From Clostridia bacterium (lineage in GTDB: Bacteria > Bacillota > Clostridia > Christensenellales > CAG-917), in assembly GCA_900763875.1 (NCBI GenBank), contig CAAFLX010000021.1, forward strand, positions 962-64,961: 64,000 nucleotides of DNA. Reading direction: 5' to 3'. The notes below the pieces were generated by a model. That model was not told where the DNA came from. It searched no databases and saw only the letters and a list, made by a program, of their open reading frames with translations. Both the position numbers and the translations under genes were made by a program. Positions 25,405 to 33,234 of this stretch are shown piece after piece. Within the stretch, counting starts at the first letter, position 1. Each line of letters starts with the position of its first letter.

Positions 25405-27162
25405 TCAAATTGCTCTCGTTGCTTTTTCAAGGAATTTCAAATCCTTGCCGTCAAGGTGCTTGCCGATGACCTTGCGCACTTGCTTGTGGTAGTCGTTGAG
25501 CCACTTCTTTTCATCCTCGTCGAGCATAGCGACATCGATAGCGTCGAGGTCGAAAGGCACGAGCGTTATTGTTTCAAACTTGCAAAATACTCCGAATTCC
25601 GTCTTTTCGTTTTCAACGCAGAGGACGAGGTTTTCGTGTCTTACGCCAAACTTGCCTTCCGCATAGTAGCCCGGTTCGTTTGAAGTTATCATACCGGGCA
25701 AGATGGCAAACTTTTGCGCATTTGCTCTCGGAGAGATGTTTTGCGGCCCTTCGTGAACGTTGAGCAGATACCCCACGCCGTGTCCCGTGCCGTGACGATA
25801 GTCCAAGCCGAGCTTGTACATAGGCAATCTTGACAGCAAGTCGAGGCGCGCGCCGACCGTTCCTTTGGGGAACACCGCTCTTGCAAGCGCGATATGCGAT
25901 TTTAGCACGATAGTAAACGCCTCTTTTTCCTCTTTTGTTGTCTTGCCCATTGCAAAAGTACGAGTAATATCAGTCGTGCCGAAGCGGTATTGTCCGCCGC
26001 TGTCCACAAGCAAAAGCCCCTTGTTTTCCACTTTTTTGTTGGTTTCGGGAGTTGCCGAATAGTGCACGATTGCGCCGTTTGAGGCGTATCCGCAAATGGT
26101 GTCAAAACTCAAATCTATGCAATTTTTGCACTCTCGTCTGAACGCTTCGAGCTTGTCGGCAAGCGAGATTTCGCTCATATCTTCCTTGCCCGCGCGCTCT
26201 TTGAGATAGCGCATAAACTTGAGCATAGCCACGCCGTCAAGGACGTGCGCTTTTTTCATATTGCTGATTTCAACCTTGTTTTTGATTGCTTTGCGAGCGG
26301 TTGTAGGAAAAACTTCCGCCTCGATAGCGTTGCCGATGCGAGAAAAGAGCGCGTAGTTGGTCTTTTCCTTGTCGATAAGCACGTTGCCTTGCAATCCGCT
26401 TGCAACATTGTACACTTCGTTGTAGGGCAACAAACAAACGCCGTTGTCGGCAAGAACTCTCTTCCCTTTTTCGTCGAGTTTTCTCTCGTCCATAAACAGG
26501 GTTGCTTCGCCGCCCGACACGATTGCGTACGCATAATTGACGGGGTTGTATTCGATGTCGCTACCGCGCATATTGAAAAGCCAAGCGATGTCATCGAGCG
26601 AGGACACCAACGCCGCATCGCAGTCTTGCTTTTTGACATCGTTTTGCAAAGTTTCAATCTTGCTCTTTACGCTCTCGCCTGCCGCTTTATCCGTCAAAAA
26701 CCACGCATTTGTCGCCTCGACTTCGGGACGATTTGTCCAAATATGGTCAATTATATCGTCGCAATCCACAATCTCAACGCCCTTCACCGCGCGTTTCAAC
26801 GCCTCTACAAATCCAACCGTCGCCGTCTTGAAATCGAAAGCGAGCCTCGGTCTGTTCGACAGTGTTTTGACAAACTCGAAAATGGTGGGAACACCTTCTT
26901 CGCCTGCCTTCATAAGCACGGTGTCGGTTGCTTTGAGCTGCTCTGCTGCTTGCAGAAAATATCTTCCGTCCGTCCAAAGATACGCGTTGTCTTTGGTCAC
27001 GACAAGCGTGCCTGCGCTACCCGTAAAACCGCACAAAAACGCGCGCGTCTTGAAGTGGTCAACGATATATTCGCTGCCGTGGTCGTCGCTTGTAAACACA
27101 ACGTAAGCGTCAAGGTTGCTCTCTTTGACAAATTCTTGCAATTTGATGATGTCTTGTTTCAT
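25405..27162 (-). CDS. pepP: Xaa-Pro aminopeptidase (M24B, with creatinase-like N-domains)
   Basis: About 585 aa. HGTGHGVGYLLNVHE, SNEPGYY and RHENLV are metal-ligand motifs. ATG at 27162; the ORF track uses TTG at 27168. Confidence 0.9.
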   Translation of the reverse strand: MKQDIIKLQEFVKESNLDAYVVFTSDDHGSEYIVDHFKTRAFLCGFTGSAGTLVVTKDNAYLWTDGRYFLQAAEQLKATDTVLMKAGEEGVPTIFEFVKTLSNRPRLAFDFKTATVGFVEALKRAVKGVEIVDCDDIIDHIWTNRPEVEATNAWFLTDKAAGESVKSKIETLQNDVKKQDCDAALVSSLDDIAWLFNMRGSDIEYNPVNYAYAIVSGGEATLFMDERKLDEKGKRVLADNGVCLLPYNEVYNVASGLQGNVLIDKEKTNYALFSRIGNAIEAEVFPTTARKAIKNKVEISNMKKAHVLDGVAMLKFMRYLKERAGKEDMSEISLADKLEAFRRECKNCIDLSFDTICGYASNGAIVHYSATPETNKKVENKGLLLVDSGGQYRFGTTDITRTFAMGKTTKEEKEAFTIVLKSHIALARAVFPKGTVGARLDLLSRLPMYKLGLDYRHGTGHGVGYLLNVHEGPQNISPRANAQKFAILPGMITSNEPGYYAEGKFGVRHENLVLCVENEKTEFGVFCKFETITLVPFDLDAIDVAMLDEDEKKWLNDYHKQVRKVIGKHLDGKDLKFLEKATRAI

Positions 27163-27192
27163 AACCAACCTGAATAGTTTTATTTGAAACCA

Positions 27193-27221
27193 ATTATACC
27201 ACCAACAATTTGCAATGGCAA
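27193..27221 (-). promoter_or_regulatory. sigma-A-type promoter of pepP
   Basis: Minus strand: TTGCCA-17 nt-(TGg)TATAAT. Confidence 0.55.
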
Positions 27222-27343
27222 TATATTATGTCAAACAAAAAACGGAAGATAGGCCTAGAGCAAACCGCATTTATTATACGCCAACTACGTCTTGCGGCAA
27301 CTATGGTTGAACGGAACAAGTCGAGACGGAACGAGTTTTTGAA

Positions 27344-28027
27344 TTATTTGCCGCCGAGGACAAAAATCTCATTGCCGTTGTATACGCCAAAAGTTTTTGC
27401 ACCGTCCGTTTGCCCTTCATATAATTGAACGGGTGACGTGCCTTTTTCAATAACGGGCTTGCCCTGCGCGTCTTTTATCAAATAGTATCCTATCATGCTT
27501 GCACTCTTCTCGGTATATTTGTAGCCGACACGAAATACGTTTATGGTATCTCCGACGTTTGCCTCGTCCAGTTCTTTTTTGTTTGCCATATACAAATACA
27601 CGACAGTATCCTCCCCGATTTTCACCGCATAGCGCATAACAACCGCAATGCTGTCTGCCGCGTTGAAGAATGTCCCATACGCGCTATCCATACTCCCGAC
27701 ATAACCGTAGGTTTTTCTAGGAACAACTGTTTGCGCATATGCGTGCATAACGCCGTCCTCGATTTTCGGTGCGCTCGGATCATAAAGATGTGCATAATAT
27801 GCGGTGACGTTTAAGCCATGAGTGTTTGTGCCGTCCGCATAATTCATCATATTCACCATATCTTGCGTGAAAGACGGATACTCAAAAGCGGCAATATCCT
27901 TGTTTAGCACTTCGGATTTAGGCTCGGCGGCGGCTTGAGCATAGGCAAACACGGCAAACACTCCTCCGACGCACAAAACGACGGCAATCAACGCAACGGC
28001 GCAAAAAAACGTAAAAGTCTTAGCCAT
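27344..28027 (-). CDS. secreted Tyr-rich protein with SipW-cognate-like signal (VGGVFAVFAYAQ), hypothetical
   Basis: I start it at the ATG at 28027 (MAKTFTFFCAVALIAVVLCVGGVFAVFAYAQ), behind an AAGGAG RBS. It overlaps the upstream stop (ATGGCTAA). The ORF track start at 28162 lies inside the peptidase gene. Confidence 0.65.
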   Translation of the reverse strand: MAKTFTFFCAVALIAVVLCVGGVFAVFAYAQAAAEPKSEVLNKDIAAFEYPSFTQDMVNMMNYADGTNTHGLNVTAYYAHLYDPSAPKIEDGVMHAYAQTVVPRKTYGYVGSMDSAYGTFFNAADSIAVVMRYAVKIGEDTVVYLYMANKKELDEANVGDTINVFRVGYKYTEKSASMIGYYLIKDAQGKPVIEKGTSPVQLYEGQTDGAKTFGVYNGNEIFVLGGK

Positions 28028-29318
28028 TTTCGCTCCTTTCGCCTGTGTTTTTGCGGTTTTGACGGCGCAATTTGGCTTGCTCTTTTTTGTAAGACTTTTC
28101 GTCCTCGATGATTTTGTTTGCGATATCCACGCTGTCTTTTGCCGCCTGCATAGCCTTTTCATCGGTGATTTTCAAGGTTATAGGCGCACTTTTTACACGC
28201 ACCTTGTTGCCTGCAACATACCTTTTGAAATTGTCGTTTGGCATAAGATATTCGCAAGTGACAATGCCTCGCTTTATCAAAACGCGCACCAAACGACCGC
28301 TTCCCGACTTGTATTCCTCAAACCTGTCGTTTGCAATTTTGCGACTACCCTCAATCGCCGCGGCGTGCGCAACGATTTCGTCGTAAAAGCGTTTTTGCTC
28401 ATCGGACAACTCCGCATATTTTTCGCTTAGCGTTTGCGTTTTCGGCTTGTCAAAATTAAGCGTTTGCGTGCTCGAATCGTCGTTTTCGACGTCTTGAACA
28501 CTCTCGTTGACAGCGGACGTTGCGGCGTTGCTTTTCTCTTTTTCGCTTTGCAATTCGCCGTTTATAGCCGCCATACGCAACGCAGATTCTTTTTTCAGCT
28601 TTCGTTCAGTAAGCAGATACGCCGCCACCGCGCACACAAACAAGACGATGCACAAATACCCTGCCGGTGAATTCATAAACACTACGAAACTGCCTATATA
28701 CGGCACTTTTTCGCCTTGATAAATTCCCCTCATTTGAGAGTATAAAACGGGGAATTTGTCCGAATATCTGTTGGCGTCGCCTTGCAAAACAAATCTCCTG
28801 TACGGGTGCGTGGCGTCGGGTTCTTTGATGTCAACTATGCGGTGAACGACCATTTTTCCGTCCACCTCGTAAACGACTATATCAAAGAGTTTGAGTTCGC
28901 TCTCTTTTGGGAGCGGCGCAACCTTTATAAGATCGAACATCTGAATTTGGTTGTCCAACTTGTTGTCGAAAAGATACTTGTTCGTCTCGTCTTTTTTTGC
29001 CATAGACTGGCTTTTCACCACCTTGACAACGGTATGTTCGATGGGTTTGTTCTCGTTGATTTTCACGCTCAACGACAGCGCAAAAACGACAATCGCGCAC
29101 ACCAAAAACAGTGCCGACACAATCTTTTCAGCCCAATATGCGGCGTTGCGCTTTGCGCCCTTTGCCTGAGCTTTTTTGATTTCATCGTCGGCAAGGCCAC
29201 CCCGTATGAGCTTTAATTGCATCTTTGCATAAACGGTTATCATCGTGGCAAAGAACGCCGTCAATGCCACGAACACAACCAAACATAGGACGAAAATATA
29301 AATCTCGTAACCCGTCAT
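28020..29318 (-). CDS. SipW-like (S26B, ER/archaeal-type) signal peptidase I with extra N-terminal TM pair and ~190-aa C-terminal domain
   Basis: KSQSM (Ser box), VVHRIV (His box) and LQGDANRYSD (GDAN..D box) appear in the canonical order, flanked by TM helices. ATG at 29318 with a GGAG RBS; TTG at 29333 is an alternative start. Confidence 0.7.
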   Translation of the reverse strand: MTGYEIYIFVLCLVVFVALTAFFATMITVYAKMQLKLIRGGLADDEIKKAQAKGAKRNAAYWAEKIVSALFLVCAIVVFALSLSVKINENKPIEHTVVKVVKSQSMAKKDETNKYLFDNKLDNQIQMFDLIKVAPLPKESELKLFDIVVYEVDGKMVVHRIVDIKEPDATHPYRRFVLQGDANRYSDKFPVLYSQMRGIYQGEKVPYIGSFVVFMNSPAGYLCIVLFVCAVAAYLLTERKLKKESALRMAAINGELQSEKEKSNAATSAVNESVQDVENDDSSTQTLNFDKPKTQTLSEKYAELSDEQKRFYDEIVAHAAAIEGSRKIANDRFEEYKSGSGRLVRVLIKRGIVTCEYLMPNDNFKRYVAGNKVRVKSAPITLKITDEKAMQAAKDSVDIANKIIEDEKSYKKEQAKLRRQNRKNTGERSENG

Positions 29319-29329
29319 AACCCACTCCG

Positions 29330-29905
29330 TCAATTTGTCTCGCTCACGGTGATTGTGATTGTCGCCAAGTCAAAAGCACTCTTGAAATCGTTGTAGTCCG
29401 CAAGAGTCGGCAACGAAATCTCGTTCATTGCAAGATAAGGCGCAAGGTCAACCGTGTATTCAAACACCGAGCCGTTTTTTGTGCCCTTGCCGAGCGCAAT
29501 GCCCGTTGTCGGATAAGCGGAGGTTGTTTTGAAAATCGCCGTACCTTTGTATTCGTTGTTTGCAAAAGCGATTTCCATTTTGAGGTTCACGCCGTTGTCA
29601 ACAACGTCTTTGTCCGCGCCTTGCGCAGGGGAAAAGGTCAATTTCACGTTGTTTTGAGTTTTGAGTCCCGTCACAAGCGTTCCGCTTCCGCCCTCTAGTT
29701 TGCCTTTGTCGTCAACTTCGATCTTAAACGTACTTGCGTCGATTGCAATAGTTCCTTTTTTTGCTTCGGTTGTGCTGTTTGCAATCTCTTTATTGAGCGT
29801 TGCATTTGCAGGAGCGACATCTTGTTGCGCATAGCTGAACGTCGCATACACGCCGCCCACGATAAGCACGAAAGCCAAGGCAAAAATAATTCCCAATCTT
29901 TTCAT
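29330..29905 (-). CDS. secreted beta-rich protein with SipW-cognate-like signal (VGGVYATFSYAQ), camelysin/TasA-sized, hypothetical
   Basis: 191 aa. N-terminus MKRLGIIFALAFVLIVGGVYATFSYAQ. AGGAG RBS. Confidence 0.65.
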   Translation of the reverse strand: MKRLGIIFALAFVLIVGGVYATFSYAQQDVAPANATLNKEIANSTTEAKKGTIAIDASTFKIEVDDKGKLEGGSGTLVTGLKTQNNVKLTFSPAQGADKDVVDNGVNLKMEIAFANNEYKGTAIFKTTSAYPTTGIALGKGTKNGSVFEYTVDLAPYLAMNEISLPTLADYNDFKSAFDLATITITVSETN

Positions 29906-29967
29906 TTGTTTGTCTCCTAAATCTTTATTTTTTTACTTTAAGTTTGTTTTATACAAAAAACGAAAGC

Positions 29968-29996
29968 ATTATATTCACGCACCCTATTTGAGTAAA
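29968..29996 (-). promoter_or_regulatory. sigma-A-type promoter of the SipW-like operon
   Basis: Minus strand: TTTACT-17 nt-TATAAT, about 60 nt upstream of the first ATG. Confidence 0.5.
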
Positions 29997-30039
29997 GAGA
30001 CTTGGTCTCGTTTCTCGGCTTTTTCACAAAGTTATTCAT

Positions 30040-30074
30040 AAAAAAGCAAAAATGCACACCATAAAGGCGCACAT
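30040..30074 (-). terminator. rho-independent terminator of trxA
   Basis: Minus strand: ATGTGCGCC-tttat-GGTGTGCAT, in which 3 G-U pairs are valid only on this strand, followed by TTTTTGCTTTTTT. Confidence 0.65.
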
Positions 30075-30095
30075 TTTGTGCCAAAAGTTGTGTGA

Positions 30096-30413
30096 TTATA
30101 AGTTTTTCTCGATGATTTTTTCGATTTCCGAGGCGCGCCTCACGCCCAAAAACGAAGCGACCGTCTTGCCGTTTTTGTAGAATATGACGGTGGGAATGCT
30201 CGATATACCCAGTTTTGCCGCAATGCTTTCTTCCTCGTCAACGTTTATCTTGACAACCTTGATTTTGCCCTCGTATTTTTTTTGAATCTCTTCCAAAATC
30301 GGCGCAAGTGCCTTGCAAGGGCCGCACCAAGTTGCGTACAAGTCCACAAGCACAAGTTTGTCGGACAAAATCACTTCTTGTTGAAAATTGCTTCTTCCTA
30401 CTTCCAAAACCAT
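30096..30413 (-). CDS. trxA: thioredoxin
   Basis: 105 aa with WCGPC. Confidence 0.9.
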   Translation of the reverse strand: MVLEVGRSNFQQEVILSDKLVLVDLYATWCGPCKALAPILEEIQKKYEGKIKVVKINVDEEESIAAKLGISSIPTVIFYKNGKTVASFLGVRRASEIEKIIEKNL

Positions 30414-30416
30414 ATT

Positions 30417-30968
30417 TTATTCTCCTTTTTGCAATAATTGCGAAATATAACTTCTGAGCGTCGCCTCGCTCATCGCGCCCGTGCGTTGCGCTCCGATATT
30501 GCCTTGCGCGGTGATAAACACCGTCACGGGAATGGACGAAACCGAATAGGCATTTCTGCCGCCGTCCTTATCGTCGAAATAAAGGGGGAACTTGTAGCCG
30601 TTACTCTCGACAAATCTTTTGACGGCTTGTTTGTCCTCGCCCGACAGATTCACCATCAAAAAGTGAACCTTGCCCTCATACTCTTTTGCAAGTTTGTCAA
30701 AGTGCGGCAGCTCGGCTTTGCAAGGCGGACACCACGACGCCCAAAAATTGATGACGACGGGCTTGCCGATGAACTGCGACAATGTGACCTCTTTGCCGTC
30801 CTTGTCGGTGACGGTAAAGTCCTTGTAGTTGCCCTTGTCTTGTATCGTGGGATTTTGACCTTGCGGGTCAACCTTTCCCGACAATTTTTTATAGCCGAAA
30901 TACGCGCCTACGACTACGCCTGCAAACAGCGCAACGATGAGTATTATCAAACTTATTTTTTTAACCAT
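30417..30968 (-). CDS. membrane-anchored TlpA/ResA/StoA-like thiol-disulfide oxidoreductase
   Basis: 183 aa with an N-terminal TM helix and WASWCPPC. AGGAGGT RBS. Confidence 0.85.
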   Translation of the reverse strand: MVKKISLIILIVALFAGVVVGAYFGYKKLSGKVDPQGQNPTIQDKGNYKDFTVTDKDGKEVTLSQFIGKPVVINFWASWCPPCKAELPHFDKLAKEYEGKVHFLMVNLSGEDKQAVKRFVESNGYKFPLYFDDKDGGRNAYSVSSIPVTVFITAQGNIGAQRTGAMSEATLRSYISQLLQKGE

Positions 30969-30981
30969 ACTTTTTTACCTC

Positions 30982-31980
30982 CTATCTCAAAAGCGCGCCT
31001 AGCTTGTCCATAACGCCTGTTGCCATCAGCACGCCCATCACGACAAGCAAACTTCCGCTTATGATTTTTATCACTTTAAAATGCCGCTTTATAAAGCCGA
31101 ACAACTTCTTTGTTTTGTCTGTCAAAACCGCCGTGACGATAAACGGAATGCCTATGCCTAGCGAATAACAAAGCAACAACACTATGCCCTTGACAACCGT
31201 CCCCGACGTTGAGGCAAGCGCGAGTGCCGAGCCCAAAAACGCGCCTGTACACGGGCCTACGCCCACCGCAAACACTATGCCGAACAAGAATGCCGACCAC
31301 ACGCTTTTTATCTTGTACGTCTTTCTGATTCCTTTGAAAAACGGCAATCTAAACAGCCCGATGTACGACAATCCGAATATTATGACAATGACGCCGGCAA
31401 CGATGTTTATGATTTTTTTGTACTTGGCGATATATCCGCTGACAAGCCCCACAAGTCCGCCGAACACGATAAACATCAACGTGAACCCAAGCACGAAAAA
31501 CAGCGACATCACAAGCACGCGATACTTTTTCTTGCTCGCTTTCTTTTTCTCGGCGTTTGGCAAAGCGATTTCGCCTGCCGCCGCTTTGTCCGATACGATT
31601 TCGTCGCCCCCGCCTACGTTTGAAATGTCGGCAACGGCTGTTTGTTTTTCGTTGTTAGTCGCTGTAGCGTCGGCAACGACTTGCTCGATTGCAGCTACGC
31701 TATCCGCATTTGCATGGGCAACGAGGCTGTTTTCATCATCGGTTTCGAGTGCCAAATCTTTGTCGGCAAGAATCGTTTCGGCATCGGAGTTTGAAACGGT
31801 TTCGTTTACACCGCCTTGCTCAAACGCCGTTTCAACGTTCGCATCGGCAAGCGGCGGTTGAGACTCGCTCTCCGATTCGTCGTCGCCTGCAAAATAGGAA
31901 AGATACAGCGGTATCATCGGCAGCATACACGGCGATACAAACGACGCAAGCCCTTCAAGAAACGTCAGCAAAAAGTCCAT
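30982..31980 (-). CDS. ccdA: CcdA/DsbD-core thiol-disulfide transporter with ~120-aa acidic insertion after TM1
   Basis: LASFVSPCMLPMIPLYLSYFAG (TM1 Cys-Pro motif) and VGPCTGAFLG (second Cys motif). The insertion spans res 33-152. Confidence 0.8.
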   Translation of the reverse strand: MDFLLTFLEGLASFVSPCMLPMIPLYLSYFAGDDESESESQPPLADANVETAFEQGGVNETVSNSDAETILADKDLALETDDENSLVAHANADSVAAIEQVVADATATNNEKQTAVADISNVGGGDEIVSDKAAAGEIALPNAEKKKASKKKYRVLVMSLFFVLGFTLMFIVFGGLVGLVSGYIAKYKKIINIVAGVIVIIFGLSYIGLFRLPFFKGIRKTYKIKSVWSAFLFGIVFAVGVGPCTGAFLGSALALASTSGTVVKGIVLLLCYSLGIGIPFIVTAVLTDKTKKLFGFIKRHFKVIKIISGSLLVVMGVLMATGVMDKLGALLR

Positions 31981-32108
31981 ACCAAACCCTCCTTTTTTGC
32001 ACCATTATAGCCGCCCTATTCGAGCAAATAAAGAGAGTTGCTCTCACAAGAAAAAGACCGAGCGTTTTTACACTCGGTCGGTTGCGGAAAATATTATTTT
32101 ACGATGTA

Positions 32109-32774
32109 TTACATTAAATCTTTTAGTTTTTGCATGTCGAGAATTTTGATTTTGCCTCGTCCGTATTCGACAATGCCGTCCTTTGCAAATTGCCGTATGG
32201 TTTTGCCTGCCACCTCTCGTGCGGAACTGGTCATTTTGGCAATCTCCTCTTGGGTGATATGAAACTCGGTTTCGCCCGTGTAGACGTATCTTTCAACCAA
32301 AAACGCCGCCATTCTCCTCTCGTAGCGAGTGAACAAAAGGCTGTGCAACGTCGTCATACACATCGAAAACCTGTCCGCCAGCGTTTCAAAAATCACGCAG
32401 CGCACCTGCACGTTCTCGTCCATAATCTTCTTGATTGCGCACGACTTGACCGCCAAAAGCACACTGTCCGTTTCAACGACAAACTTTGCGTCAAACGTGA
32501 TATGCTCCAATATGCAAGCCGCCGACAACAACCCCATTTCGTTTGCGCGCAACTCAAACAGCGTGATTTCTCTGAAATTTTCATCATCGATTATCGCCCT
32601 AACTTCGCCGTCAAGAATCAAAAACGGGCCGATGCAGTGATTGATAAGCCCCGTGATGACTTCCCCCTTTTTGCACACCACGATTTCGGAATCATTCAGC
32701 ACGATATCCTTTTGCTCGTCAGTCAAATATTCATAAAATGGCAAATCTTGAATTGCCGTCGATTTTTCAAACAT
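32109..32774 (-). CDS. Crp/Fnr-family transcriptional regulator
   Basis: 221 aa with an N-terminal cNMP-binding-like barrel and a C-terminal HTH (TQEEIAKMTSSAREVAGKTIRQF). AAAAGGAG RBS. Confidence 0.85.
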   Translation of the reverse strand: MFEKSTAIQDLPFYEYLTDEQKDIVLNDSEIVVCKKGEVITGLINHCIGPFLILDGEVRAIIDDENFREITLFELRANEMGLLSAACILEHITFDAKFVVETDSVLLAVKSCAIKKIMDENVQVRCVIFETLADRFSMCMTTLHSLLFTRYERRMAAFLVERYVYTGETEFHITQEEIAKMTSSAREVAGKTIRQFAKDGIVEYGRGKIKILDMQKLKDLM

Positions 32775-32989
32775 ATTATTCTCCTTTTACGCCTCCAAAA
32801 AGTTGCCACTCCCCTCGAGAACAAATACCGATTTCTTTCTTTTGCTCACTCATAATCAACCTAAAAACCAATTATTATGCAATAAGTGTATCATTTCCGA
32901 CGGCTTTTGTAAAGAAAGAAGAATACACGCAGTTTTCACGGCGATTTATGCACTTGCTATTGAATGGGTGAAAAGTTTCTTCTATAAGG

Positions 32990-33125
32990 GTTTGAGAGTA
33001 AAAAGCGCAAAAAGCCATCTGGGTTGAGTTAGTGGCTGTGTCATTGCATTTCAATGGTATGTCCCGCGTACAAGCAAGCCCAATTCTTTACAGTGGACTG
33101 TTTGATGGGGGATAGCACCTTATCA
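32990..33125 (+). ncRNA. candidate structured small RNA (family unknown)
   Basis: There are nested helices whose G-U pairs exist only on the plus strand. The hairpin 33034-33046/33052-33064 has 13 positions: 8 Watson-Crick pairs, 4 G-U and 1 mismatch. It is enclosed by the helix 33020-33025/33077-33082. A possible TTGAAT-17-TATAAG promoter lies at 32960-32988. No ORF is present. Confidence 0.3.
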
Positions 33126-33151
33126 AGAGTCTAAAACGGATGAAGAGCGCG

Positions 33152-33215
33152 AAAAAGCCCTTTTGACACTCGCCTAACGTACTTGCGTGTACGTGACGAG
33201 CGACAAAAGGGCTTT
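33152..33215 (-). terminator. efp terminator (long hairpin + T-run)
   Basis: Minus strand: AAAGCCCTTTTG...CAAAAGGGCTTT stem around a GTAC-containing inner stem, followed by TTCGCG (run of 5 T). Confidence 0.6.
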
Positions 33216-33234
33216 GACAAAGCTATTCGCCGTT

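Noticed and set aside
27344-28162. ORF-track start at 28162 for the 272-aa protein, which overlaps the peptidase gene by 143 nt.
   Set aside because: The internal ATG at 28027 has an AAGGAG RBS and begins a typical signal sequence. The upstream 45 codons are a Lys/Thr-rich out-of-frame reading of the peptidase 3' end.
32984-33123. Assignment of the candidate RNA to 6S RNA (its ends can pair: ATAAGG / CCTTAT).
   Set aside because: It is only about 140 nt, with no long interrupted helix with a central bubble. The putative -10 box overlaps the closing stem. It is kept as an unclassified candidate.
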